Shown here: piece by piece, positions 30,849 through 43,239 of the stretch
Position numbering within the stretch: position 1 is the stretch's first letter
Layout of the letters: every line of letters begins with the position of its first letter
Assembly: GCA_004431415.1 (NCBI GenBank)
Contig: QPMI01000395.1
Span: 186,001-250,000 of the forward strand
DNA length: 64,000 nt
Direction: 5' to 3'
Source: Cyanophora paradoxa CCMP329
Taxonomy: Eukaryota; Plantae; Glaucophyta
Translations under genes and position numbers: made by a program
Notes under the pieces: generated by a model
Told to the model about the DNA's origin: nothing
Database searches by the model: none
What the model saw: only the letters and a program-made list of their open reading frames with translations

Positions 30849-32240
30849 ATGGCGCAGGCGGAGCCCGACTCGACGACGTCGCTTATGAGCCTCCCAGGTG
30901 CTGGAACTTCGCTCGAGCTTTTGATTCGAATTAGCTCGTCCTTCGCTCGTCTTTGAAGTCTTGCGCATGCTGAATCTACGCATGCGCAGACGATCTTGCG
31001 CTGTGGTTGATGGAGAGAGCAGCGGCGGTCAACGGGACGCTCGATGTCGTGCGCGGCCTCGCCTCCTCTCGGCGCCGCTTCCAGCGGCTCGCATACGGGG
31101 AGTCCTCGAAGCTCTTCGAGCAGCCTACATTCGTCCTTAGCGGCAGCGAAAAATTTCGCGCTGTGAGCCAAACCGAATTTCGAAATTCAAAAATTCGTAC
31201 CTTTCAGAAATTTACTTGTTTCGAATTTGCACAGAATGCTGCCGAAGGAAGGCATTCGGGCGTACGCGTGGCACGGTTCTGCGCGCAATTCGGCGCCCGC
31301 ATTCAGCGGCTGCACATATATTTTGGCGACGCCAGTGTCCTGCGCGCCTGCCCGAACCTCACCCACCTCTCTCTGGCGCGATCAAGGATCAACGTCGACG
31401 ACCAAGCTGAAGAGCGCGAAGGGCCTGATCGGGACCGTTATCTCGATGAGGAGCTCCCCGAAGGCTTCGCCCTGCCCCGCCTCCGCCACCTCGACCTCTC
31501 GGGGCTCCACGTTACCTCCGGCGCCTTCCTCGCGCTCCTGCGCGCGTGCTCGGCCTCCCTCGAGTGCCTCTTCCTCCGGTGCGCTTTAGCGGGCCGAGCT
31601 GTATACATGTGCCATGGCCGCGACCTCGAGCTCCACCCCGCAGCTGGCCACGGGCCCCCGAGTCGACAGTTCCCCCACGCCGCGCGCAGCTGCAGCTTTC
31701 CGCGCCTGGAAAGCCTCGACGTCTCGTTCACAAACATCAGCATCGACGAATTGCGACTTCTCCGCAGCCGCATTCGCTCGCTCCGGGAGCTCTACGCCGT
31801 GCGTCGAGCCATTCAAATTCCGTTGCGCCGATCTAGCTATATGGCCTTACCCACTCGTATGCATTAAGTATTCAGATTAATATTAAAGCACAAGATATTC
31901 TGGGCTCACGGAGTCCAGCATTGAATTAATTATTATTGATTGACCTGCAGCTGTATGATCATGAACGTCTGCGATTAAATTAAAATTCATCACTCAATAT
32001 CGGCAGTGCAGGCCGGCATGCGCATCTCGCGATCGGAAGCGGAAAGGTGGGAGCAGCTCGCAAAAAAGGCCAGCCGCCCTGGTAGCCTCATCTTGAGCAG
32101 TACTCTTGTGCGTGATCATTCAGTTCGAAGCATAATTTTTCAGTTCAACCGATCTCGCCGGGCAGGCCTCTTTGGATGTCGCGTCGCTGCGAGATCTCCG
32201 CAGGCACTTTGAGGGGCGACTCGACCTCGCCCGATTAATC
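30849..32240 (+). CDS. F-box/leucine-rich-repeat protein (spliced; 3' end approximate)
   Basis: F-box-like SLMSLP|DDLALWLM. LRRs CPNLTHLSL, LPRLRHLDLSG, LECLFL, FPRLESLDVSFT and LRELY. Confidence 0.7.
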
Positions 32241-32483
32241 ATCCCTTTCGTCTCAGAAGGTTACCGTTTTCAAGTTTTCTTCGCGATCTTGTTGATCGTG
32301 ACTTGACCGCTAAGTATAATTAAAAGAGAGACTCTGAGATTCATACGCATATGCATGCGCAGCGCTTTATGCCGTGGATCAAGACGGGGTTTTTGAAACG
32401 GCGCGGCGCTTCGTCACCGCACTGGACGTCTCGCCGTCTGTCTCGCCATTCAGCAGCGGAATCGATATCCTGCATTTCGATCC

Positions 32484-34195
32484 ATGGGCGAGCGTGCATT
32501 AATACTTAACTTCAATTCATAATTAGAAGTCTCCGCGCCGCTCACGCTCAAGCTCACGGGGTCTCCGGCGGCGGGCGTGCGCAGGTCCCTCCGTACTTCC
32601 GATTCGCGGCCGCGCAGCTGCTGAAGCCGTGCACGTGTGTGCGCGAAGACGGCACGACAGCACTCCACCGGATAGCCTTTGCCGCTGATTGTGATCCACA
32701 CCAAAGGGCCGCACGGGCGAGCCTTCACACACAATCAATGTATTTCACATTTGTTAACTTCGATTCCGCCGATTTCGATTCTTAGCTCGGAGAGTGGAAG
32801 AGCGCTGTCGAAGAACTGGGGTGGAAGCCTGCGGTCGCGGCCCTCGTGAATGCGGGGCTGCGGTCGGGCAGCGCTAGCCGCCGCGGCCGCACGCCCCTCC
32901 ACCTCGCCGTCGACGTCGAGATCAAATCTGTCGACGTCGGCCTCGTCGAGGCGCTGCTGGACCTCGGCGCCGACCCGCTCCGCCAGGCACGGGCTGCCCC
33001 GGCCCCTGGGGGCCCGCCGGCGCCCCGGCCCGCCGCCAGCATGCTTCGAATTTCTGACAAGGCGGCGCGGGCAGGATGCAGCGGGATCAACTGCGCTGCA
33101 TCTCGCTTGCAGGCGCGACAATGGCTGGCCTGAGTCAGCTCGGGCTCTGCTGCGGGCGGCAAAGCGATCGGGGCGCGCCCGCGACCTCGTTTCAACGAGG
33201 GACGGCGCGGGACGCACGCCGCTCCACGTCGCCGTCCGCTGCGCCCCTGGAGCTGCAGCTGTGGGGGCCCTGCTGGAGGCCGGCGCCGACCCCCTCTGCA
33301 AGGTGCGGCCCCAGCCCACTCTTCAGTACACAATGCGATAATAATATTGAAATGCAAGTAATTGATTTCGCGCGCGCTGCGTTTTTCGCGCGAAACTGAC
33401 TCGCGCGCGTGCGGCGATTCCTTGCAGGACGAGTCGGGCAGCACTGTGTTGCACATCGCATGCGAGTGCGGACAGGCCAATGCAGCGCGGGCACTGCTTC
33501 AGGCGGCGACCAGGGCCGGCGTGGAAGTCGAAATCGTGTCGGCGAAGGACGGCGGCGGCCGCTCGCCGCTCCAGCTCCAGCTGCTCCTTGCGAGCGACAA
33601 CGAACAAGACGCACGGCCAATCGTGTCCTTCATGACGCCAAGCATGAATGCCAAGGATTGTGTTTTCTTTTCGAACAACCTCCGGTCGTTTATCGCTGTC
33701 TACGTCGTTGGTGCGAAGTTTTTCGCGCCCCCCAAACCTCCCCGCGCTCTGATCAGCTTTGATCCGATCCGATTTCAGAGGCGCTGGCGTTCAGGGGCTC
33801 GTTCGAAACGCTGGATGCCCTGGGGGTGCGCCGCGCCTTCCTGGAGGAGCCGCGCTGGGGCGAGAAGAACGCCGAGACCCTCCTGCACTTCGCGGCCCGC
33901 AAGAGCACCCTCGAGGCCGTCCCGGCGCTCCTCAGCGCCGGGGCCGACCCCCGCCGCAAGGCCCGCCTCCCGACCCCCGTCCTCCGTCCTTTAGCTTCGC
34001 CCCTCGCGTTTCTGACGCCCGCGGCCCGGCCCGGCCCGGCGCTCGCAGAACTCGGAGGGCGAGACGCCGTGGGAGCTGGCGGAGGCGGCGGAGAAGAGGG
34101 ACGTCAAGGAGGCGATCCTCGCCTTCCCCGACGAGAGGCCCCCCACTGATCCTAGGCCTGCGCATGCCGCTGCCGCCGGTATACGTAGCGAATAG
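32484..34195 (+). CDS. Ankyrin-repeat protein (spliced; 5' end approximate; possibly two genes)
   Basis: GRTPLHLAV, GSTALHLAC, GRTPLHVAV, GSTVLHIAC, ETLLHFAA and GETPWELA, with LLxxGADP linkers. Confidence 0.8.
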
Positions 34196-34731
34196 CGCGT
34201 TGGAAGGTCTTTAATTTGCAAACCGTAATCGTAAAGTGATCGATCGCGAGCGAATGAGGGGCAGGCTATAGCTATCCGAGGAGCGGACCTTACTCGGCTT
34301 CACGAATGATTCAAACTGCCGCCCGGCAGCCGGGCGCGGGGCGGGGCGGGGCGGGGCGGGGCGGGCGCCCGCGCGCTTGCTCACGCCAGGAATGCCGCCG
34401 GCACACCGCGCTGGGCTCTTCGGGATCGCCCCCGGCCCGCCTCCTTGTCCCCGGACCCCTTCGACTCTACAAAGCTGAGAGGGTAGGGCCGCGTAGAGTA
34501 GGGTCGCAGGGTCTATGGGGACCTGATGATCTGCTCCTGAGCCAGCTCCCCGCCCCCGCCCCTGTAGCCCCCCTGTAGCACCCTCCCCGACGCCCCTCGA
34601 CCCCCCGAGCCGCCGTTCGAATCAAATATCGATTCGATTAACGAATGTCACGTGCTCCAGGGGAAAAGGCTGTACACTGCGGGGCTAGCTAGGCTAGGCT
34701 GGGGTAGGGTCCGGGCCATCGCGGGCGGCCC

Positions 34732-35828
34732 TCACCGCCTCAGGTTCTGGAGCCGCGCCATCAGCGCCGCGTCCTCGTCCTCCGCCGAGCCGCCGCCACC
34801 GGGCGCCGCGGGGGGCGCCCCGCCCGCCGGGGGCGGCGCCGGTGGGGGCGAGCCGCCGGGCCCGGGCCGCGGGGCGCCGCTCCCGCCGGCGGCGCCGGCG
34901 CCGACCGCCGCCGCGACTCTCCTGTTCGGCTCCGCGGCCGCGGCGGGCGCGCTGACGCCGGGGACTCCCACGAGCTGCGAACGAAGCGAAGCCGTCACGC
35001 GAGCCCGAGCGAAGCAGCGGACCGAACGGATCGGGGCGGGCTCGAACCTCGGAGTCGAGCTTGATGCCGATCTCGTCCAGGACCTGCCTGACCAGGGTGT
35101 CGCTCTCCTCCTCCTCGTCCTCGCCGCCCATGACGTCGTCGATCGTGTCGCCCATCATCTCCTCCTTCGCGTCCATGATCTCGCTCTGCTTGCTGAACTC
35201 CTTCATGATGTCCGCCATCTCCTTCATCTGCAGCTTCTCGTTCATCTTCGTCAGCGCCTGCGCCGCGGAGTGCGCGTCAGCCAAGGCGGCTGCGATCAAA
35301 TCGATCGCTGCGCGGCGATGCGGACCTTCGTAACGCCCTTCATCGCTCCCGCCATCGCGGCCGTCGACTTGAGCGTCTGGGGTGGCCGTGAGCGGCGCGT
35401 GGGCAGCGCGCGCCGGCAAGGGTAGGCACCTGCAACCGGAGGCCGACGGCCTGCAGCTGGGCGCGCATGTTGTAGAACTTGTTGACGTGCGCCCTCGTCC
35501 GGACGAGGTCCTTCGCCATGATCTTGACCGCTCCCTGCAACGGAGGCGGGCGTTAAGGACCCGGAATGTCGCTCGGGGCGGCCGGCGGGGGCACCATTTG
35601 ATTCTGCTGCGCCGTCTTCTTGATCTCTGCGACGAGCTTCTTCTCTTGGGTCTGGAGCCGGGTGCGCTCGCGGTCCAGCTCGCGCACGGCCCTGTCAATC
35701 ATCCGCTTGTACTCCTTCATTTGCTCTGCGCCGCGCGTGTCAGGCGAGCGTCGCCGGGCAGAGGGACGGCGGCAGAGCGTGCCTTCCGGCGTCTTCTTCT
35801 GGCCGAAGATGCTCCCGAGGAACGACAT
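34732..35828 (-). CDS. VPS2: ESCRT-III subunit VPS2/CHMP2 (spliced)
   Basis: MSFLGSIFGQKKTPE, RAVRELDRER, KIMAKDLVRTR, MKEFSKQSEIMDAKEEMMGDTIDD, LVRQVLDEIGI and C-terminal MIM LMARLQNLRR. Confidence 0.93.
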
Positions 35829-36251
35829 GGCTGCAGACTCCTCTTCGCTTTGTCGCTCGCCTGTACGCAACGCTGGGGCCTGCTAGCTACGCTCTTCGTC
35901 AGGCCGTGCGCGGGCGGAATGGCACAGCGGCGCTCACTTCGTTGGGTTCGCGCTTCTGTCTGTGTCGAATGCGGCGCGTCGGCGGGCTGAGAGATCGGTG
36001 AAACGCTGAGCGGCGACTACGTGTCTGCCTGCCGACTTGCCCCCCCCTGCTGCGGCTGTACCCGTCCACAGCCTAACTTCGAACGCGCGCTAGCTACTGA
36101 AGCTCGCGCGTAGCTATCGCGATGTCCGACGGTCTAGCTATAGCGATATCGGTAGCATAGCATCTAAAACGCGCCCCGTGCCCACCGCAGCTTGCACTTG
36201 AAAAGCCTGCACTGCACTTCACTAACACAATGCGCGCGCGACGCGAGCTCG

Positions 36252-37810
36252 TCACCGCCGGACGGGCGCGGCGGGCGCGGCCGGCCGGCGCTTGGAGGGG
36301 GACGCGCCCGCCCCCGCGCGCGGCTTCGCGGCCGCCTTCCGCGCGTTGTAGAACGCCACCGACTCGGGGTCCGCCTGCAGACGAGGTCAGCGATTTGATC
36401 GGGCGGGTTTGAGATCGCTCGGCCAGCGCTCGCTCGCTCGCTCGCTCGCCTGCATGATACGCTCGGCCTTCATGCGCTCGAACTCCTCGCCGTAGTCGAG
36501 CGGCTCCTCCTCGTCCTTGCCCGCCTTCAGCGCGCCCGTCCCGCCCGCCGCCTCCCCGGCTGCCTCGCCCGCTCCGCCCGCCTCTTCCCCGGGCGCCGTG
36601 CCGTACGTCGACTCGTACCTGCCGCCGCGGGCCCGTAAGCACTTCGAATCGGATCGAATCTGTTCAAAAACGTGGACCCACCAGGATTGGAACTCGAGGA
36701 CGAGCTTCTCCTGGCACTGCTCCACCAGCCGCGAGAGGTACTGCACGTCCTGCCGCGCGACCTTGTACTCCTCGTACGCCGCCTGGAAAGAGCCGGTACC
36801 CCCCTCCGGTAAGAAAAAAATCGTTCCCCCCCGGGGGGGGGGGCAAGCGCGGGCCTGGTACGTCTTCTTGAGGTCCTTCATCTGCTTGATGTACGCGTAC
36901 TCCTCCTCGTCGATGACCTCCTCCTCGTCGCTGGCGCCGCCGCCGGCCGCCGCCGCCGCCGTCCGCTGCGCCTTCTTCGCCGAGACGCGGTCCTTCAGGT
37001 CGTCGATCTTGGCCTTGGTGCCGTTGATCGTCTCGCCCAGCTCCCGCACCGCCTTCTTCTTGTCCTTCAGCGCCGCCTTGTTCTCCACCAGGGCCGCCGA
37101 GTACTCGGCGCCCTGGTCCGCCTTGAACGACTCGAAGGCCACGTTCCGGCTCGGCGGAGGGCCCTTCGGCTTCTCCGGCTTCTCCGCGCCCTCGGGCCCC
37201 GCCTCCTCCGGCACGGCCGGCATCTCCTGCGGCGCCGGGCTGGGCGGGGCCGCCCCGGGCGCCCCGGGCTTCGGCGCCGTCTTGATCGGGGCCTTCCCCT
37301 GCGCCCCGGGCCGCGCGTTCGACGGCGCCATGCCCACGCTGAAAGAAGCGAAGTAGTTAGACCACGAACGTGAAAGCAAAGCAGAGAACAGGATGGTAGC
37401 GGGCGGACCTGATGCCGCGGCCGCCGTCGGCGTCGCCGACCCCGTCCTCGGCGCCGCCGGCCGGCGTGCGCCGCCCGTCGGCCGCCGCAGAGGCGCGGCG
37501 GTCCCCGTGCAGCTGCCCCGACCCGCTGCCCGCCACCCCGCCCGTGGTCAGAACGAGCCTGATCAGAATGGTACCCCCTCCTTCTGCCTGCCCCTGTACC
37601 CCCCGCGCACCTGGCGGCGAGCTGGGACCTGACGCGCTCCTCGGCCTCCGCCACCGCGTTCCCCGCGATCGCCTGCCCGGCCCCCCGCGTCAGAAGAGAA
37701 GAGGGGGAAGGGAGGGGGTAGAGACATAGAGCCAGCCGCGCCTCCCGTGCACAAACTAAGAGCGACCCGGGCCACCCCCTAGCTAGCTAGCATAGCCAGC
37801 TAGCTGCGGG

Positions 37811-37845
<35 letters not shown>

Positions 37846-40456
37846 GGGGGGGGGGGGTAGAGCCAGCCGCGCCTCTCGCGCGCACCCCAAGACCACCGAC
37901 CCGGGCCACCCCCTAGCTAGCTTGGGGGAGGGGGGCGCGGACCTTGAAGGCGCGGAAGATCTCGCGGATCTGGCGCAGGTTCACCACCTCGATCTCCTCC
38001 ACCTCCCCCGCCAGGTACCTGCAGGGAGGGGGCCGCGTCGGCGTGGAGGAGCGCTGGGGGTGCGGTGCGGGGGGCGACCGCACCTCCGGACGAGGGTCTG
38101 CATCTCGTGCTGTTGCTCCTCCGTGTACGCCTCGTACTGCGCCCCGCCCCCGCCCGCCCGTGAGCCGGGAGGCCGGGGGGTGGCGCGGGCTGCGCGGGGC
38201 GGGGTACACACCTGCACGCGGCCGCGGTTGGCCATGGAGTCGTGCATGGCGAGCTCCTGCTTCAGCTCCTTGATCTCCCGCTCGTACCGCCGGATCAGCA
38301 GCTGCGCGCCGCGCCGCGCGCGTTAGAGGGCCATCTTAAGAGACAGAGAGAGGTCTTTGGCGGGCGAGCCAGCTAGCTAAGCGTGCGCGGCCTCCACCGG
38401 CTACGTTAGGGATCCAGCACCTCTAGACAGGGCGGGCCGGGCGCATCTCTAGAAGAGGGAGAGGCCTCTAGCGGGCAGGCTAGCTAAGCGTGCGCTACGT
38501 TAGGGATCCAGTATCTCATCTCTAGCTTGTCTTCCTGGGGCGCACGAGGGGGTCCAGCATCTCTAGCGTCTCGACGGATCCCTAGGCGCGGCTAGGATCT
38601 AGATCTACCTAGGGATCCGGCGTCTCATCTCTAGCTTCGCCACCTAGGTCTAGGCGCGACGCGGCCTCCAGCGGGCGGGGCGCACGAGGGGGTCCTGCTG
38701 CTCGTTGACGGAGGCCTCGTTGCGGACGCGGCTCATGCGCGCCGCGAACTTCAGCGTCGCCACCGTCTCCTCCAGGAACGCCCCCTCCGCTGCGCCGCCT
38801 CGAAGGGTCGGACGAGGTCGATCATCATAAGGGCGATCGCAGGGCGCGCGCGCACGCCAGACGTTGGCGATCATGAGGGTCTTGCAGTTGCCGCCCAGCG
38901 AGTCCTGCAGGGGGGGGGGGCGAGCGGGCGTCAGAGGAGAGTCTAAGGAGGGGGGAGGATGGAGGAGGGCCGGGAGCAGCTAGTGAGGCTCCGCGCGGGG
39001 CCCGCCCCGAGGGTCGGGGCGCCCCGGGCGTCCCCTCTCACCTTCAAGACGGACGTCAGCTTGCTCTGCCGGTACGGCACGTGCTCCCTGCCGCCCGCCC
39101 GCCCCCGCAGCGTCAGAGAGTCGCCGAGGGCCGCGCGCGCTCCGCCCGGCCCGGCTCGCGGCGCGCTCGCTCGCCTGGACTTGTCCGCGAGCGCGATGAC
39201 GACTTGCTCCAGGAACGTGAGCGACTTGTTGATGTCTGCGGCCGATTCAGGAGCCGTCGTCGTATCAGAGCGTATTTAGATGCTCACAGTTCGCCTCCTT
39301 CATGATGATGCCCTCGGACCCGGTCTTCTTGATGCGCTCCGACCCGGCGAGGTCGACGAGGTTCAGCTTGGAGACGACAACTCGCTCCGAGGCGTCCACG
39401 CGGGACCGAGTCTCGACGTAGATCGTCAGGATGCAGTGCGAGCGCGTCGAGCTCTTGTTTAGCTGGTGCTCCCCTGCCCCCAGCCCCCTCGGCTTAGCCG
39501 GCTTCTGTTTGGACTGCTCGGCGAGGGCGGGCGGGCGGACCGATGGCGCGGTTCGTGTCGCCCTCGAAGAGCAGATTCAGGGCCTCTTCCTCGCTCGTCG
39601 CCACGGGCCGCGTCAGCCCCTTCACCATCACGCTCCCTGCGCAGTAGCCAGCAGGTCAGCCGAGCCACGCCGCACGGGGCGGGGGCGGGCGGCGGCGGCG
39701 CGCCCTTGGCGTCGTCCACGATCTGGAGTTCCTGCTGGTCCGCGGCCGGCACGGGCGCCAACAGGTCGAAGAGCTGCTCGTTGTAGATCTCGACGTACCT
39801 TCCCGGGCGTGAGCGGCCGGCGTGGGCGGCGCGGAGCGGGCGGCGCGGGCGGAGCGGGCGCACGAGAGGCGGACGGTGACGGCCGAGTCGGAGCGGTTCT
39901 GCACGTACTTGAAGATCTCGGAGATCGCGCGGGGCGCCATCCCGCGGTACTTGTAGTTCGCCCCGCCCGTCTGCGGCCCGCCCGCTCAGCCGCGGCCGGC
40001 CGGCTGCTCGAAGCGCGCTAGGGCGGCGAGGGCGCCGACCATGGTGTAGGTTTTGCCGGCGCCCGTCTGCCCGTACGCCATGATCGTGCCTGCGGGCGCC
40101 TGAGCGTCCCGCACGCGGCGCGGCGCGCGGCGGCGGACCATTGTAGCCTTCCAGGACCGAGTTCACGATTTCACGCGCACAGTCCTCGAAGACCGCCTCC
40201 TGGCTGGTGTTGTACAGCACGGTATCATACTTGAACGTGTAAGAGTTCTGCGCGTTGTTCACGGCCCCAGCCTTCTCGTTCGGCTTGAGCCGGATTGAGA
40301 TGGTCTGCGGCGCAACGGGCCGTGAGCCTGTGGGTGCAGGCCGCGACACGCGCATCAGCGGCTGCTCACCTTCTTGTCGGAGCCGATCTCTATCTCCGAC
40401 GCTGGCCGGTCTGTCGGCCGGGTGCGAATTGCGACCCGAACCGCGCTCTTCACCAT
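36252..40456 (-). CDS. KIF9: Kinesin-9 (KIF9/KLP1-like), spliced
   Basis: AYGQTGAGKT, YVEIYNE, NKSSTRSH, LNLVDLAGSER, INKSLTFLEQV, VPYRQSKLT and DSLGGNCKT. KIF9-type tail motifs LAMHDSMANRG, IDEEEY and DPESVAFYNA. Confidence 0.9.
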
Positions 40457-40629
40457 CCTGCGAGTCCCTGTGTGTAGCTAGCGTCTGCTGAGCGCCTCGC
40501 TCGCGCCTGCTGGGCTCCGCTGGCGCCTCCCGGAATTGCTCGTCTTCGACTTTGCTGTACCCGGACCGTCCGACCCATCGAACCGAAGTCGTTTCCGCGG
40601 CCTAGCTTAGTGATCTTCCTCGCGTATCA

Positions 40630-42108
40630 ATGCCACCGAAAACAACGGCGAGCTCCAGCGGCGCGGCCGGTGCGCTTGCGCCTTGGCGCGAGCCGCGTTG
40701 GCCCGCGCTGCGCGGATTTGGACGTACGCTGATCCGGAAGCGCAGCGCCGCGTTGGGCGAAGGCGTTCCTCGACGAGAAGGTCGTGCTGCAGGCCGTCTT
40801 GACTTCTGCCGAGGAGATCGGAGCGGATGTCGAAGAAGAAGAGCCCGAGATCCCGCTCCTCGGCTTCGAAGGGTTCCCATTCGATTACCGCTACGTCGGG
40901 CCGACTCCCGACGGCGGCTTCGAATTCGCGCCCGACGACGGCGACGATGACGACGAGAACGAGATCCCTTACGGCCTCGTCCACGGGAAGAGCGGGGGCG
41001 GCGGCGGCTTGGGGATGATGGGGGGCTTCGGCATGAGCGCGGAGCCGTTCGGCGTGAAGCTGCAGGTCGCCATCCCCGCCGACGACGACGAGGGCGAGGA
41101 GGCGGACGACGACGTCAAGTTCGAGAGCCCCCCGGCGCCCTTCCCGACCGCGGCCACCGTCAAGAAGTCCAAGAGCCTTTCGATCAAGAGCGTAGATGAG
41201 GACGGGCAGAAGACGAAGGAGTGGGCGCTGGACGTGGCGGTCCTCGGCACGAAGAGCATCAAGGAGATCGGGCTGGAGGCGGCCGACTACCCCGGCGCCG
41301 TCCTTGCGCGCTTCCGGCCCCGCAAGCTCGTCGTCAGCCGCGAGTGGATCGAGGAGGCGCTCGCCAACGTCCCGGAGGTGCGTACCCCTCCCCCGTCCCG
41401 TAAACCCCGCGCAAGTTGACGCGTACCCCCAGCTCAAGGACGAGCTGGCGGCCGGAGGCGACGCGAACGAGGTGCGCCGCGTACCCCCATCTCCGCCGAG
41501 ACCCCGGCGCCCCGGGCTGAACGCCGCACCCCTTCGCAGGCGGGTGCTGCCCCCGAGCCGCCGAAGGCAGCGGCAGAGGCGCCAGCAGCGAAGCCGAAGG
41601 CGGCGGCGAAGGCGAAGGCAGAGCCCAAGGCGAAGGCAGCTTCGAAGCCCAAAGCCGAGCCCAAGCCCAAGGCGGCTCCGAAGGCGAAGGCGGCGGCCAA
41701 GCCCAAGGCGGCTGCCAAGCCCAAGGCCGAGCCCAAGCCCAAGGCGGCTCCGAAGGCGAAGGCGGCGGCCAAGCCCAAGTCGCCGGCAAAGCCGAAGGCG
41801 GCGGCGAAGCGCAAGGCGGACGAGTCGGAGGAGGACGAAGAGGAGGAGGAGAAGCGCCCGGCGAAGAAGGCCCGCGGCGCGGCGGCGGCGGCGGCGCCGG
41901 CCAAGCGCGCCTCCTCCGCCTCCTCGGCTTCCGGTGGGCCGCCCCGGCCCCGCCCGCGCGCCCCGCTCCGCTCACCGCCGACGGCGCCGCAGGGGCGCGC
42001 AAGTCCGACGGGGCCCAGAAGAAGGCCCCCGCCAAGAAGGCGGCGCCCAAGAAGCCGGCGGCCAAGGCCAAGCCTGCGGCGAAGGCCAAGGGCAAGGGCA
42101 AGAAGTGA
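40630..42108 (+). CDS. Unknown protein with acidic N-terminal domain and histone-H1-like Lys/Ala/Pro-rich tail (spliced)
   Basis: Tandem AAPKAKAAAKPK/AEPKPK repeats, ending KPAAKAKGKGKK-stop. Confidence 0.65.
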
Positions 42109-43239
42109 GGGGGCACCGACGGGTGCCCTCGGGCCCGGCCCCTCGGGCCCAGCCGGGATTCTGGGTCTGGGGGCTGGGAGCCCAGAGCTCGCCTCCCCGC
42201 GGCCCCCCTAGGTCCCCGCATCGATCGACGGCGGGCCCGCCCCGGCGGCTATCTCCGCCCCTTCCTCGCCTCTGGCGCGCGCGACCTTGCCAGCCGCTTA
42301 CGCGCGCCGAGTCCAGCTCTGATCCCCCTGTGTTTAGATTCGATTTTCAAATCAGATTCCATGTAAAGTCATGATCAGAATCATGAGATCCTCCCCTGAG
42401 CTGAGCTTAAGTTACGTTTCCAGCTCTGATATTCAGCCCACGATCTGATCAGTGCGGGACCTTCGGGTTCCGGCCGCCGGGCCCATTTTCAAGCTTCCGC
42501 CGGGCCGGAGCATCTTAATGAGACTTGATCATGATCCGATGATGATCCGACGATCATCGGACCGATCGCGATATCACCGAATTCGAATGCATGCGCATGC
42601 ATATGGGCATGCCAATGAAGCTTGAAGATTTTACCGAGTCGGCGCGCCGATCGGCGATCGCGAGAGTCGATCCGGCGCCAGCGCCGCGCGCGCTAGCGCT
42701 AGCGCTAGCGCGCGTATGCGGCCATGCGCATGGAGGAGATCCAGAGCTCGCAGAGAAGCTCCTTGTGCTTACCGGTGAAGCCCCCAAACAGTCGCCTTCG
42801 ACAGGCTGTCTCAAAGGAGCGGGGAACTTCGACGGGGAAGCCAGCTCACGACGAGACATCGCACACGCGAGAGAACCCGGTATCCCCCCCCGACTCTACG
42901 GCGAGTCTACGCGCAGCTTCCCCCACATACCAGCGGCGCGCTCAGCGCAGCACCAGCACCAGCGCGAAGCACTTGCACGAAACACCGCAACCGCGGTGCA
43001 AGCCAGCGACTAATCCGAGCACCCCTCGCTTACTCATCGGCGGGCACACCTTGCGAGCCCGGCAGTGAAGGGTCGAGCGTCCAGCAACCGCGCGAGGCGT
43101 GAGCGTAGACAGCACTCAGCTTTGCAGATCGCGCATGTACACAGCCAGCCAGCCGCCGAAGCACGCAGCGAAGCACTCTTAGTGCGTGGCGTTGATAGGG
43201 TTAGGCGGTCAGGCTTTCCAGTCGGTAGGACATGAGAGG

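Noticed and set aside
37808-37858. Long poly-G/poly-C tracts (also 54353..54376 and 63225..63255) as functional G-quadruplexes or frameshifts
   Set aside because: They lie in predicted introns, and homopolymer lengths are unreliable in this assembly.
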